Shown: piece after piece, positions 23,518 to 37,539 of the stretch | Layout: each line of letters begins with the position of its first letter | Position numbering within the stretch: the first letter of the stretch is position 1 | Assembly (NCBI GenBank): GCA_951406725.2 | Contig: OX597822.1 | Coordinates: 62,558,001 to 62,622,000 of the forward strand | Direction: 5' to 3' | DNA length: 64,000 nt | From: Octopus vulgaris | Taxonomy: Eukaryota | The notes under the pieces: generated by a model | The model's input: the letters and a program-made list of their open reading frames with translations, nothing else | The model's database searches: none | What the model was told of the DNA's origin: nothing | Program-made: the position numbers and the translations under genes

Positions 23518-24515
23518 TCTTGGGCTTTTAATAATACCTTCGTTTAAGTAGTAGAACTATGTGCAAATATTTTCAGTGACTGTTTAATACATTTCAGTCG
23601 AAAAACTATGGTCAAACTGAGGCTACAATAAACGACACATTCCAAACGTTTCACGTGCTGGGATCGAACACAAAATTACAATGACAATATTTCTTTGCAC
23701 ATATACATAACTTAGTGTTTACTCAGTCAACGGGATTTGCATCTAGAGTGACTCTACCAAATCTTTGGAAATTGTCCAATTCATTTTGTATCTATTCACA
23801 AAAGAGGGTGGGTGAATAATGGCTTCTTCGAATGAATAACAGACTGACTGGGATTTATCGCTCTTTCCTTTCTACGAGAAAACAGGCGATTTAATCTCCG
23901 ACTACATCACTATATTTACAGAGTATTTTCCTTAGAGGTAAGCTGTAAATATTTATCTTCTTTACCATCCCGAAATTATGCTATCAACTCTACCAAGTAA
24001 GTTTACATTTCAGTGATTGTTTAACATTTAAAATTCTACATTCCATGTAATGTTCTTAAACGTGCATGCGAGAACAATTTTCCATTAATGCCTCTATTGG
24101 TTTTCCATTTATACTATTTATTATTACATTACTCTGTACTGCAGTCATTCACTCGAAGCGGGCTTGAATAAACATTGTATCTAGCACAAGTGTCAATTTC
24201 AACCGTAAGTTCATTGACAATAATATTTAGTTTCCCGTTTTCAACATGCTATCATTATAGGAATTATTTGTCACTGATAAACACACTTTCTGCAGTACAC
24301 TAATTAAACATATTATTCTGTGTAACATCAACAATCCAAGCAGAGAGCCTCTATGACAGAGGCGGAGACCCTTTTAGTGCAATGGAAAACTTACAAATGC
24401 ATATGTGTAGGGAAAACTAATGACTCTTATTTTGATTATTCATAGGTACACAATGCATATTAAATAACTGTTTCTTGCTTATGAATTAAACCGATCTTTA
24501 TATATGTATATACAT

Positions 24516-24883
24516 ATAGCAAAACGCCCCCCGTTAATTGGGCGGTGCTGAGTTGTCAAACATTTAAACCAAATTTTCTCGAAACAACTTGACCGACCGT
24601 CTCATAGGCCTCCCCTTTGAGAAACACTGATTTAACCTAAATTTGAGAAATCATCAAAAGAAGAAATAAAGATCGACTTTTTTTCTATTCCAAAGAAAAA
24701 CGATTTCCCACGGCTTTATCGATCGCATCCTCACCTGAAATCGATTTTTGTCATTTTTCAAAGACTTATACACGCCCTGATACCGTCGATATCTACATAT
24801 CAAATTTGAGCGCTATTGGATGGAGGATGCCTGAGATCCTAGAAGCCACACACACACAGACCGAATGGATTTTATATAAGAGA
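24516..24883 (-). mobile_element. Probable non-autonomous Helitron
   Basis: Minus starts A|TCTCTTATATAAAA, contains a short (TG)n, and ends with the imperfect hairpin CCGCCCAATTAACGGGGGGCG followed by a CTAG-like CTAT. Confidence 0.5.
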
Positions 24884-24904
24884 TTTTAAAGACTTTGTCA
24901 CTAG

Positions 24905-25095
24905 ATGTTCTCAAATGTGAACGCAGTTTGCTATGTGCATTCACTCAGTATGCTAGAAATAGCAATCAAATCTTTCTCAAATTTAAAGATGTGGGAGGGC
25001 AGGTGTTCTCAAATGTGAACGCACTTTGCTATATGCATTCGCTCAGTATGCTAGAACTAGTAATCAAATCTTTCTCAAATCTAAAGATGTGGAAG
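24905..25095. repeat. Tandem duplication, ~98-bp unit x2
   Basis: TGTTCTCAAATGTGAACGCA.TTTGCTAT.TGCATTC.CTCAGTATGCTAGAA...CAAATCTTTCTCAAAT.TAAAGATGTGG occurs twice. Confidence 0.85.
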
Positions 25096-25974
25096 GACAG
25101 CTTAAATAATATAGTCCATAGGTTCCCCACAAAGACGAAATGAACGCAGCAATTTTATCATAGATGAGGTGGATCAAGGTTATGCTGCGGCTAAGTGATA
25201 ATATATATATTTTTTTTAATATATTTCTGAGATGAGAAATAATCATTATAATATATACTGATAAATTTGAACAACTGTCATCACTTTGCTTATGGTCACA
25301 AAGTTTTCTTTTGTACCTACTGGTCCTCTTCAAGTGTCTGTCGTATTCGGAGGCGCTCTCGGAACTTTCAATGAATTCACGTAATAAAATAATTTCAAAG
25401 TTATTGTCAGTAACTTGACTCTAGTTTAAGTAACTGTATTTATATTAATTGGAATGCTTTGTGTTTGATAAATCATCTATTATAATTCACATTCAAGTAT
25501 ATATTGTGCTTTCAGATATACTTCATTGTGATAAGTTGATAGTGAAAGTTTTTTTAAGAAAGAGTTCATAAAAAGAATTAAAATATTTTCAACAGATAAT
25601 TAAACTCTATCAAAAAAGTGAATTATTTTAATGTGTAAACGTCATATGCTTGTCATCCACCTAAACATATGAAATAAAGGAAAACAGTCATAACATTCAA
25701 AATAGAAACGTAAAACTGACGAACATCTCAACTGAAAACTGTTATGAGAACATAAGCTTCTGTATTGATTAAGTGACAAGCAGACTGTTATAATTTTAAT
25801 TATTTTTGACTTTGAAAAAAAGTATGCTATTGAATTCATTGAGAACTTAGAACAACATCGAACAAGGCATAATTAACCAAAGCTTTCTTTCGGTGTAACT
25901 TATTCTTGTGAAATAAAAAGTATTTATTCTGCAAACGTTTGATCTAACCTTTCCTCAAAAGACAAATTCATTAA

Positions 25975-26017
<43 letters not shown>

Positions 26018-26914
26018 ATCTCTCCTCTATCTCTCTTTCTCTCTCCCCCCTCTCTCCCTCTTTCTTTCTCACCTACTCTTTGTTGACAGCACAAAACATT
26101 AGTTTCTTATAGTCTAGTATGTTCTTTCTAGTAACTATTGATTCATGTGCTGCGCTCACATGAATATAGTTAATTTTTGACAAATCAGTCTTTACTAGTT
26201 AGAAACATATACATATTTTAATGTGTACAAGATGACTTCACAATGTGTATATACATGTGTGTGTGAGCGCATGACCAATCTTTTTGATGTTTTTTCTATG
26301 AAAAGAAAGTAGAATATGCAATAGAAATATACATGAAATAACTCTAAGAACCTTGCTTAAAAACGAATAAATTCATAGTATTAATACTTTGTCGTAAAAG
26401 CATTCCAGAACGATAGATTTAATAATTGAGTTTTCAAGAGACCAATCCACAACCTCTCTCCAAATCATGAATATGAGCAGATAAACTAGAAACAACTGAG
26501 ATGAAGAAAAGTCGCAAAAGTTAAGCGGAAACTAATGTAGAAAGAATGAAATTTAAATAATCAATTATAAAAATCCACAGGAATACCCACAATCACACTG
26601 AGAACATTAATTAAATTTAGCAGCACCAATGAGAATTCTATGGTTATTTTGAGACCTATGATATTGTTAGAAGCTTATAGAGAACCATGAAATGCATACT
26701 TTCTTTGGAAATGGTAATTTTTTTTGTCTGAAATATTTAATTATAATGGAGTTATGTACTTACTTAATATTGGAAACAACAGCTATGAAAATTATATTTT
26801 TATTATGTTCGTCATCTCCTATATTTTTTCAGCTTTTATCTGTTATTTTTATTTTTATGCCAATAAATAAACAATTTTAACAACGAGACCAAATCGAAGA
26901 TATTACCAATCGAT

Positions 26915-27225
26915 TCTTTAACTCGTTTCAGTCATTTGAGAGTGGCCATGCTGGGGCACTGCCTTGTGGGGTTTAATCGAACAAATTCACCCCGGTACTT
27001 AAACTTTTTAAGCCTGGCACTTATTATATTGGTCTCTTTTTGTCGAACTGCTAAGTTACGCAGGCGTAATGAAAATACACCGGTTGTCAAGCAGTGTTGG
27101 GTGATAGAACAAAAACACGAAGACACACGCACATACATATATGTATGTATACCCGCAGCTATGGTAGAAGATACATGACCAAAGTACAATGCAGAGGAAT
27201 TGAACTCGGAACTATGTGGTTGCAT
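26915..27225 (-). mobile_element. Diverged SINE-B
   Basis: GTTTCAGTCATTTGAG.GTGGCCATGCTGGGGCAC...CCGGTTGTCAAGC...TATGTGGTTG. Confidence 0.75.
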
Positions 27226-27599
27226 GCTTTACAATTACGTTGGTAAAGCCTTGATAAATTTTGGTACGTTGTAGCACCTCGTTTTCATATCAGAGATAAA
27301 GTGCATATATGTGGACTTGAAACTTCAGTTCAACTAAATCACGAAAAATAACTGATCCATTAAGCATTGAATTCTAAAACAAATAAAATATGTCAGTAAT
27401 ACAGGCGCAGGTATGTTCATTTTGCAACATGTGATGTCGCCTCAACTTGACCACTGCCTGATGAGAAGCCTTATGTATGGATGAATGGATGTTTGTGTAC
27501 GTGCGTGTGTATGTGAGCGAGCTCGTATGTGTGAACGCATGTCATTCTGTATGTATGCGTGCGTGTTTGTGTGTATGTAAGGATAGTATCTATATTCTC

Positions 27600-28900
27600 C
27601 GTCTGCCCAACAATCTATCTACATTCCACTACTAAATATAGCACCTATTTTGAGCAAAATGTCCTGTGACAATGTTGTGATCAGTTCTGTCTCTTGGTGT
27701 GAATATTACTTGAATACAGTTTAAGGTTATCGACAAAAAGAGGTTCATTTTCCCCTCCTCTGCAGACCCTGTTATATAGCCTTTAAATTCCTTTAACAGT
27801 CACCCAGGAATACTATCTCAATTCTGTCGCTATTTCTGTAGACCATATTGTTCTCTATCTCTTAATAGCATCGACTACAACAGTTCAGATTTTGGTAAGG
27901 CGCGGTGGCTTTAGTATCTAAATAAAGGATTGAATCAAACGCCTTCTTATAGTCAATCTATACAGTAAGCACGCTCCTCTCTTCCTTAATTATAGTCTTG
28001 TTTATGAGACACAATTAAGCACAACCCTTGATTCCTTTCTTTCCTCCTGCTTGCACGTCAGACACCACATTTGACACTTCGCAGTGATACTAAGGAATAT
28101 ATTTAAGCACGTATATACAACTTACACATGACATTCAAACATAGTATGGGCCAGTAGTTTTTTTACTACACGCGTTCATTGTTCTTTTGAACAGCTGCCC
28201 TATGGAACGTGAACATTTTGTCAGTAACCATTCGGTAGCTTTACGAAAATCATCAGGAGTATTTCACTGCTAATATAAATTTGGAGAGAGACGTTAGCAC
28301 CGTTTAAATTACAGATCCCTTCTCAAAATCACTAGCTCATTCTCGAAAGAGGCTTTTACCGCCTTGATGGTAACACATTTCATACAGTTATGTACCGCTA
28401 GTGATTTAGTGCGAACTTACAACTAAAGGCGCTATGCCTAAAATTCTTTTTACCATGACGAAGTTTTTCACTTCCTGCTTGCAGATCACGTTTACGAGCA
28501 ATAATTTCACTCCTTAGTGTATTTTACCGACATGTTTCCGTAGACATTCGATAATTCATCAAATATGCAGCTGGCAGTTCGTAAATTCATTATTCACTTG
28601 AAAATGTTTAGGGACCATCGAAATTTGTCTGGAGAGAGATCCGTCATTTTAGTGATATGATTTTCCTTACGATCACTGTCTGCACTCCCATCTGTTGGGT
28701 ACTGGTGAATGTCACACAGTATTGTATGTTCAATATCAAAAATATAGGGAGCTTCAATTTGTGCAAGGTGCTCTTAGCAAATTGGTTGATCAACTTGATA
28801 ATATCTAGTGTGTAGTTTTTCTATCAATTCAAGTTGTATCTGGTTTTCATGTTATTGCTTAATAATTTCAACTATCAATAACCACGCTTCGTATAACTCT
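27600..28900 (-). mobile_element. Degenerate R4/Dong-type reverse transcriptase relic
   Basis: Minus motifs in order: NYWPILCLNVMCKLY, QAGGKKGIKGC, IDYKKAFDSI, LFVDNLKLY (RT domains; LFVDD-like active site). Confidence 0.75.
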
Positions 28901-29078
28901 CAGTGGTTAAGGTACCGCCTCTCAATAATGTAAATGGGGAAGTTTTGTTTGAATCTTCAGGTTAGCTGTCTTTTGAGGTATTGATAATCTGCAGACATTT
29001 CTATTTATAAGTAACGGCCGTTTGTCCGATTGATGATAACTGAAAGTGGTAAAAGAGTAAAAGAAATGTGTGTGCGTG

Positions 29079-29120
<42 letters not shown>

Positions 29121-29611
29121 TGTGTATGTGTGTGTGTGTGTTAAAGTTTTGAATTTATCACCCAATTGCCCTACGAATATTATAAATAAGGTGTACACAA
29201 CAGATTATATCTTCGATTTTGTTCCAATGTTATAGAATTTTATACATAAACAGTAGCAGAATAATAATAATGGAATTAATTAACCTTGTATTTCTAATAC
29301 TTCCAATGCTAGAACTCCTAATATGCTACAATGTATAATCTTATAAGTTTACTGAGACGTTTTGCCTTGTAACATAAAGAGAATGTTATTTTTGCTCTAC
29401 CTTGGAAAGTTCTGGGATGTTAAATTTGATTTACATTGCCGTAATTCTCAGTTGGGTCAAGTCTGATAGGCAAATGGTTCGTGCCTATATATTTTTCAAA
29501 ATTTATATAGGGTATATAAATTTTCACTTCCACAAAAATAGATATCAAAGTATTATTCATTGGGAAGCGAATAAACTCGATTTCACAGAAGCCACCAGAA
29601 GACTGCTTCTC

Positions 29612-29995
29612 CTCCGTCTTCACGTTCTGGGTTCGAATTCCGCCGAGGTCGAGTTTGCTTTTCATCCTTTTGGGGTCGATACAATTAGTATCAGTTGAGC
29701 ACTGGGGTTGATTTAATCGACTTTTCCTCTGCCCCGAAATTGTAGGCCTTGTGCCATAATTTGAAGTCACTATTAAATTTAACATTAATGCGGCGAGCTG
29801 GCTGAGTCTTTAACACGCCGGGCTAAATGCTTACTAGCATTTCGTCCGCCTATATGTTCTGATTTCAGATTTTGTAGACTTTTCCTTTCGAAGTCGCCAA
29901 ACTAAGTATTACTTAAGGATTTTAGGTATATCTAATCGTCTTGCCCCTCCACCAAGATTGCTGACCTTGTGTCAAAATTTGAAACCAATATTAAA
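29612..29995 (+). mobile_element. Two SINE-A monomers in tandem, both with tail B
   Basis: GGGTTCGAATTCCGCCGAGGTCGA...GGCCTTGTGCCATAATTTGAA; second copy GCGGCGAGCTGG...CCTTGTGTCAAAATTTGAAACCAATATT. Confidence 0.85.
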
Positions 29996-30049
29996 ATTAA
30001 CAATGTGGTAAATATTCCCAGGCATTTTCACGTGTATTGGGACTTTGCA

Positions 30050-32330
30050 CAAAAATGCAAGCCACAGTTGGACTACGGCTCTAACAAAACATATTTATCA
30101 TGAGGACTTAACCAATTCCCATGTCAAAGGCCAAATTAGTAACAGACAAATAAGAACCTGAAGTATTGAACAGAATATTTGAACAGGCCAATTATAGTTA
30201 GTTTGTTGTACCAATCTGTGATAGTCGGATATTGAGCGTCAGAGTCAAAATAGGTGTTAATTTTGAAGTCAATGTATATAAACATACTCGAGAATACGTC
30301 ATCCAATGCTATTAATTATTCCTTAAATTAAAGCGGGGAAAAGTTCCGGCGTAATTCATTTAAAAGATGCACATTTACATATGGAATTAGCAAAAGAATC
30401 ACAAATTACACGTTGTGAATAGACCTTGTGGTTTTTATAATTACAAGCGAACATTTTTCGCAATGTTTCGTGTGTGTGCCTTATTCCACTATTTTGTTGA
30501 TCAAATGTTATCTGGAATAAGACAGTGCGTGTCATATATAAACAGGATGACAGATGAACATTTGATTAACTTGGAATTAATATGTAAATGGTTACAAGAT
30601 TATGGATTAAAATGTCAAAGAAAATTGTGATTTAGTTTCCACAAAGGAACTCAATACCTTGATTATAAAATTAGTGTATCTGGAAAACGAATATCCCGAA
30701 ATATTTATGATGTTCTTAAAACATTACCAATTCCCAAAAATGTGAATGAGATATTAGCATTTGTTTCGAAATTCCTTAAGAACACGGCAAATCTTTCAAC
30801 ATCTTGGCATAATTAATGATCAACGAAGTCTTTTTTTTTTTAGTGAGTTAAAACAAGTGATTACAGCTAGAGTTAACATATTACACTGTAGCCAGTGTTA
30901 AAGCATTTTTGTGGCAACGTGATAACAGAGTTGAATCTCCATTACATTGGCTGATGCATCAAAACTATTGAATTACCATCTACGACATTCGCAACGAGAT
31001 AAAGAGGGATAAACTGTTATATTCGGTTTTCATTAATTCAATAAATTCCTATATATTGACGATTATCTGAATTAATTATTGATCACAAATCGTTAATGCA
31101 AGTACTTTCGACGGATAAAAATATACAGGTACATCTGTTTCAACAGCTGCTGAGTTATGATATGTTATTGATGCCCTACAAATATTCAATACAGTGTAAA
31201 GCTTCAATGCAACACAAAAATGATGACACCTTATCAAGACTACCTTTTGGACCCTATCATAATTTTGACAAAGGTCCTAAAAAGCATATACCATCTGCAT
31301 TCAAAATGCATAAAATCATTGATGATAGTTACTCTCAGAAATATCACATCAACCATGGAGTCTGATACTGAAATTATTCAAATTAATTCAGTGGTAAGGG
31401 ATTACAGGAAAAACTATATATTGAAGCCGATCACATAAAAGAAAAGCGAAAAAAAAAATACCAAAAACAAAAGGGATACAACACCTTATGTCACATTTCG
31501 AAGAGTAATTATTTCAAGGATATTACAGGATACAGTATTGGCTCAGTTGTATGAAAGTCAATGTAGCATGGTTTGAATGAAACAAATAAGTTATAGATAC
31601 TGCTCGTGTCTGAAAATTGAAGATGTTGTGAAAGCGTTAGTAATACATAATATACCAAATGAAAATAAAGTCAATGGTCTAGAACATTTGGATCACGAAT
31701 TCGAATACATATCGATGATGCCAGTTCAGTTTAAAATAAAATAAAATCTGGTTGATTTTTATCGATTTGGTTTCAAAATATCTAAATATTGACCTGCTGA
31801 CATCATTAACTAGAAATAAAACACTGAAAATACTCCCTAAAATTCTCGCCTTTGAAGGACACCTTGAAAAAATTTTATCCGACAATGGAATTCAATTTAT
31901 ACGTTTTAAATAGTCGCAGTTTTGCAGCCAAATGGGCATTCGGCATTTGACACAGCCTTTTTTTTTTATTCTGCTTCAAATGGTGAGGCAGAACTTTTTG
32001 TTCATTAGTGACAGGAATATCAGTCTTTTTATATTTTCATATCGTTCTGTACATCATCCACCATTGCAGGAGGTGAACACTGCAGAAACGCTCGACTGTG
32101 ATAACTACGAAAGACTATTCCATTATTATACCTTAAAGCCATGAACAAATGAATGATATATACACAGACAGTTCCAGTTAGCTATAAATAATTGACAAAC
32201 ATAATTTGATAGGGATTATCAAGGTCAGGCTGCATGGGTTTACGGGAAACTTACAGAAACACTTGCAAAAAGCAACTAAGTTCTATAGATAAGCGTCAAT
32301 ACAAAAGACATCAGAATCAGATTTGATACC
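30050..32330 (+). mobile_element. Degenerate Ty3/Gypsy pol (RT, RNase H, integrase)
   Basis: In order: LKDAHLHMEL (LDLxDAYLQ-like), DEHLINLELICKWLQDYGLKC, ADASK, IDHKSL, HKNDDTLSRLP, LYESQC, ILSDNGIQF, ASNGEAE; many stops and frameshifts; no LTR pair identified. Confidence 0.8.
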
Positions 32331-32754
32331 GATCTGTGCGTCGCCATTGTTGCTTAAATCCACATTTAATTAATTAGAAGATTGAAGCTGCGACAAAACG
32401 ATTCATAACCATCGTTTATTGCTATATGCCGATCGTAAGCTACTATATTGCTACAAACGGTGCAATAACTGCGCGACTGCGATGAACATCTGTGGGACAT
32501 GATATTAATGACTTGTTAAAGCTTGTATTTTTTTAAGTATTTATCTATAATTATCTGACAAACTGTTGAAGGGGTTAGTGTTTCGTTTCGTGTAACGCAT
32601 TTATTTTTATTAGCTTTTAATAATAATTTCATATGCACTTATACATGTGTGTCACCTATATTTATCAACAAATGCGTGAGACACTAACTTCTAAAATGTC
32701 CTCATTTGAATAAATGTAAGTTAATATACCTGCAGTAGTCATATGTTATATATA

Positions 32755-32968
32755 TATTGAATGTATGTAACAATTATGAAATCTTTATGTATATAGCATG
32801 GACTCTATTGAATGTATGTAACAATTATGAAATCTTTATATATATAGCATGGACTCTATTGAATGTATGTAACAATTATGAACTGTTCCATTATACTCTT
32901 TATGTATATAGCATGGACTCTATTGAATGTATGTAACAATTATGAACTGTTCCATTATACTCTTTATT
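32755..32968. repeat. Tandem repeat of 51-64-bp units x4
   Basis: TATTGAATGTATGTAACAATTATGAA recurs four times, three followed by TATATAGCATGGACTC; later units carry CTGTTCCATTATAC. Confidence 0.9.
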
Positions 32969-33092
32969 ATAAAAAAATTTCTTTTGATAAGGTTCGTTAT
33001 TTCAAGAACCGAAACATGTAAAATTAAAATTTATCTAATATAGTGGCATTTTCAAACTTCTTTTTTACAAAATATATATATATATATATATA

Positions 33093-34160
33093 CTAGCAGG
33101 TATACCCGGCATTGCCCGAGTTAAAGAGAATAATGAAATTTAAAAACGCTGTCTAGATTACACGGGTCTCAACTGCTAGTAGCTGAGATACCAACTTTCT
33201 ACATTAATAACTCTCCAACCCATGCCAGTATGGAATATGGACGTTAAGTGAAATGCTAGAAGAAATTTTTCTACTCATATATGTATATAAAGTAAATACA
33301 CGTGATTCAAAAACACGCTTTGTGTAGCTTATTTCGTAACCAAAAGACGGGTACAGGTTATAAACAATCAAAGGCCGACTTTGGTGATTCATTTCACAGA
33401 AGTAGTAGAGAAGCAATCCGATGATACATCTGACCTTAGATCTTGAAAGTTTGCATGAATCCTGGCTAAGTTAAATCTGTTGTGACTCCAAATGATGTTA
33501 TCTGTAGTGCAGCGTTGCAATGTCTAATTTTGTTTTGGAAGTGTTTGGAATCTTGGTCAGTTGATATCAACAGTTTCTTTAATGGATCTGGAGATTGTGG
33601 GGTTGCAGGGAGTTTAAGCTTTCCACCACTGCAGCACAGTGCAGGTGTCTCTTCAGGCCACTTCCTTGCTTTACAATGTATGCACTCAGTTGCCATTGCA
33701 CCAATGGAAACTCTAGTGTCATCTTCAAAGTGCACTGCTGGATCATAATGAAAAGCTGCTTCATAGAAGTTATCTCTCTGAGCTGTTGCAAATGCTCTTC
33801 GTTCTGCAGTGGAGATCCTATTCCTTGTCAGCCATGCATACTTCTGTTCATCACTTTGAGGTGTTCTCGCTTTTGTAGTGCACAGTCTGTTTGTTTTTTG
33901 GTATGCTTCCAATTCTGCAGCTGTCGTTCTTTCCCTGGACAGAAATATTCTTTTGGCTGGAATATAGTAGATAAATTTGATACTTTCATTCTAAGCATGG
34001 TTATATACGTATACAGAACTACACGGGTGCAGAAAATATTAAATAATGAAGTACATATAAAGTAAGTCCTTCTGCAATGACTAGTTCTAACTAAAGAGTT
34101 GCCGGCGATAATATTGTCTAGTACGATAATATTGTACTAGACAATATTATCGCCGTATAA
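33093..34160 (-). mobile_element. Internally deleted Helitron (Rep N-terminal region plus 3' hairpin/CTAG end)
   Basis: ORF 33466-33912: CIHCKARKWPEETPALCCSGGKLKLP...FQNKIRHCNAALQITSFG, continuing GFMQTFKI*GQMYHRI; minus 3' end CTCGGGCAATGCCGGG...CTAG|T at ~33093. 5' boundary uncertain. Confidence 0.88.
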
Positions 34161-34227
34161 TTTGTGTATAATTTGCAAAGAATCGTTTCAATGCCATTTT
34201 TCAGTCAAGAATAAACAATTCGAAATA

Positions 34228-35305
34228 TCAGGCTGAGTACAAAGGAAGTAACGTTTTGAAACTTGGAATTAATCACAATAAATATCAACAATACGGAAAT
34301 TTTATTCACCAAAGTAGGTACCATTACAATCAACACATTTTTGTTACAAATTTGCTTATTCCGGTAACATAGAAATCTGAAGTTCTAGAGCTGATGAACT
34401 CTTTGAACGCACATTTAGCATCGGTTTGATTTTTGAACGCCTTCTCTCGCAGGAAACCATCAAGGTTCTTGAAAAGTGGTAGTCTCTAAGGGAAAGGTCA
34501 AGGGAATAAGCTGGTTGGGGAAGAACGTCGTAGCCATGTTCTCTCAATTTCTGGAGAATTAGTGAAACGTGTGGTCGGGCATTGTCGTGAAGGATGATTG
34601 TTCTTCTGTAGACCATTCTGGGACGAAGTTGAAGCAGTTTTTCGTTCCTTTTGGCAATTTCATGGCAATATGTTTCTGCAGTTATGTTTTTTCCAGGTTA
34701 TAAGAAGTTATAGTGGAGGAGTCCAGCAGTACACTACCAAACAGTCACCGTAACCTCACAGCTCAGATTTTTCATTTTGGTCCAACTACTGCAAATAACG
34801 ATTCTTATTATTGTACAGAATCCATTTTTCACCGCAAGTTACATTACGGTCGAGAAATGGATCGGTCTGGTTATGGAGAAGCGACGAGCAAATTTCATAT
34901 CAGCGCATATTCTGGTTTCCATTCAAATCATGTGGTACCTATTTGTCGAGCATTTTTGATTTTCCGATCGCATTCAAATAGTTGCAGGCAGTTTTCTGGC
35001 TAACTTGAAGTTCCTTTGCCAGTTCTTACGTAGTTTTACGTAGATCTTTCTCAATGACGTTCTTTACTTGATCATCATCGATGACAGATGGGTTGTTCGC
35101 TACGCTCACGACATTCAAGGCTCAGGACTCCACTGCGAAATCGTTCGAACCATTTTCGAGCTGACCACTCACTGGTCATTTACACACCAAACGTTTCGTT
35201 GATATCGCGAGCAGTTTCAGCTACTTTACGTCCTTTTTTGAAGTTGAACAACAAAATTACTCGAATATCGTGCATTGACAGTTCCAGTTCACATTATTGC
35301 AACAA
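34228..35305 (-). mobile_element. Near-complete degenerate mariner transposon
   Basis: Minus: IRVILLFNFKKGRKVAETARDINETFG...WFERFRSG; LDK*VPHDL; HDNARPH; PAYSLDLSLRDYH (YSPDL). Confidence 0.9.
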
Positions 35306-35309
35306 CGTT

Positions 35310-37385
35310 TGCTTTATTGCCCACAGGGGATCAAACATAGAGGGACGGTACAAATAAGAGAGTGGTCGATGGTGTGTATTGTTTTTACGCAGAGGTGAAA
35401 AGTTAAAAATTTATATAATCGAATGATCAGCAAAACAAATACACAAACAATAAAGTTTGCCTGGCCCCTGCAAACCCCGCGCCACCATTGTAACCTTTAG
35501 TATAAACTTATAGATACACTATGTGGGTTCATTCATTCGCAACAAATTCACCACATCCTTCCATCTTTTTCCATATACATCAGGTGACAGGCAGTTTCTC
35601 TCCCCCCTTACTTTCCTCTTAAGGTGGTATATGAGGTAATGGACCAGTCCAAGGCTAGAGATGAATGTGCCTGTCACGATTCCTTTCACGCGGGTCTTCC
35701 ATACCGCTTCTTTCACTATAGCGACCACAGCGAGAAAACAAACCTTGCCTTCTATGTTAAAAGAAGGAGGAACAAGCTTTACAATTGACTCGGAAGACAG
35801 TTGTACTCTTTCCAGCCGTGACAGCAGATGTTCAACGTAAACCCACATCTCAGAGATTTTGGGGCATTGCACAATTGCGTACAAAACGGTTTCCCCGTTC
35901 TGCTCACATCTTGGACACGTGAGTGCGCAAGGGTCACTATGCCTTGCGAGTTTATCGCGAACTGGTAAGGCTCCTCGGTAAAACTGCCAAGCCAGGGATC
36001 CTCGGAAGTTATCCAAGGGTTCTGGCCCAAATGTCCTTCGGAACAGGCCAGCTAATAGACCATCATCCCCCAGAACGTCGTCATACTGCACATCTACCAA
36101 TCCTGTATAGGAAGACAATATGGAACCCCCGCCGCTGGCGTTGCCCGTGTGACAGAGAAGCTTGGATGCCTCGCGAAACTCCGCTTGCCAAGTACCCAAC
36201 TTTGGTCTACACTTGATCCAAGGTCTTAGTTCACTCAAACTAGTAAGCTCAGGAAGTAACGACCGAACGAATGGAGACCACACCTGCTCACCATCCAGGT
36301 AGAGTCACAGATGGCTCAGCCTCATCGCATGTCTGAGCATCAATAGCCAAGGCATCCCTAGCCTACCTTTTAGCGGGTGCTGACAGCAGATAGAGCACTT
36401 TACAAGAGGACTTCTACCATTCTACAAAAAGCGGAAAAGCAGCCGCTCCAACTTGATCAGTCTCGAACGGGAGCAAGGCACGACAAGTAGGCGGTAGGTA
36501 ATAACAGAAGCGATAAACATTCCTTCGACCTCCGCCCTTCCTTTCAGGGATAGCCGCCACTTAGACCAGGCCTGAGTTAGGTGGTTCACCTTGCTCGTCA
36601 CCTCGCTACAATTCTTCTCTACCTAGAGTGCTGGACTGAACAAAACCCCTTGCATTTTAACCGGCCTCTCCGTCCAACGCACTACGACATTGTTGGGAGG
36701 TATCGTTTTGCCTCTCTAGGTGCCGAGTTGCAAGCCCACTGACTTATCCCGGCTAACATTTACTCCTTCCAACGCCTCGTAGTCCTTAATGGCTTCAGAC
36801 ACGATGATGGTGATGTCGTCCGCGTACCCTGAAACCTTCCTACTGCAACCTAGACTTGCCCTTCAAGTCCTCCAACTTCCGCAGTAAGGGCTCTAGAGCC
36901 AACACACACAGAGGGGAGGAGAGAGAACACCCTTGACGAACATTGCGCTTGATGTTGAACGGCTTCAAGAAGAACCCGTTCACTCGGACGATCGATTCGA
37001 TATTGTTGTATAACACAATGATCCACCCGCTGAAGACGGGGCCGAGTCCGAACGCCGCGAGGACCGACACCAGATACCGATGTCAACCCTGTCAAAAGCT
37101 TTGGACTGGTCTAAATGGTCCAGCGCCCCACCCTTGCCAGGAGATCCATTAACCCTCTCTAAGGTGTAGTGTAGGTGGAGATTATCGTGTATGGATCTTC
37201 CAGGAACGGCACAAGTTTGTGCCTCCCCGACGACTCCAGCCACGACACACGCTAACCTTTTTGCTAACACTTTGGCCAAAATCTTAAACTCTGCGTTAAT
37301 CAGAGTGATGGCCCTGAAATTATCTATAATATCCCCCTTTTTGGGTCCTTTCTAAGCAGCGTCACCACTCCCCGGCTCACAGATC
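35310..37385 (-). mobile_element. 5'-truncated Tx1/L1-clade LINE (RT, zf-RVT, ~200-bp 3' UTR)
   Basis: NFRAITLINAEFKILAKVLAKRL, QTCAVPGRSIHDN, LDQSKAFDRVD, VRQGCSLS, YADDITI, CPRC...ETVLYAIVQCP; frameshifted. Confidence 0.92.
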
Positions 37386-37539
37386 TTGATATAATGAAGG
37401 TCGAAGCTGGACTCCACAAGGTGTGAAAATATCTTATAGAATGCCAGAACAAACGTCGCATTGCATTCTTTCGAACATTAGTACTTTTTTTTCACCGCTT
37501 CGTCGTATTAATATCAGTAATATTATTAAACATAAGTGA

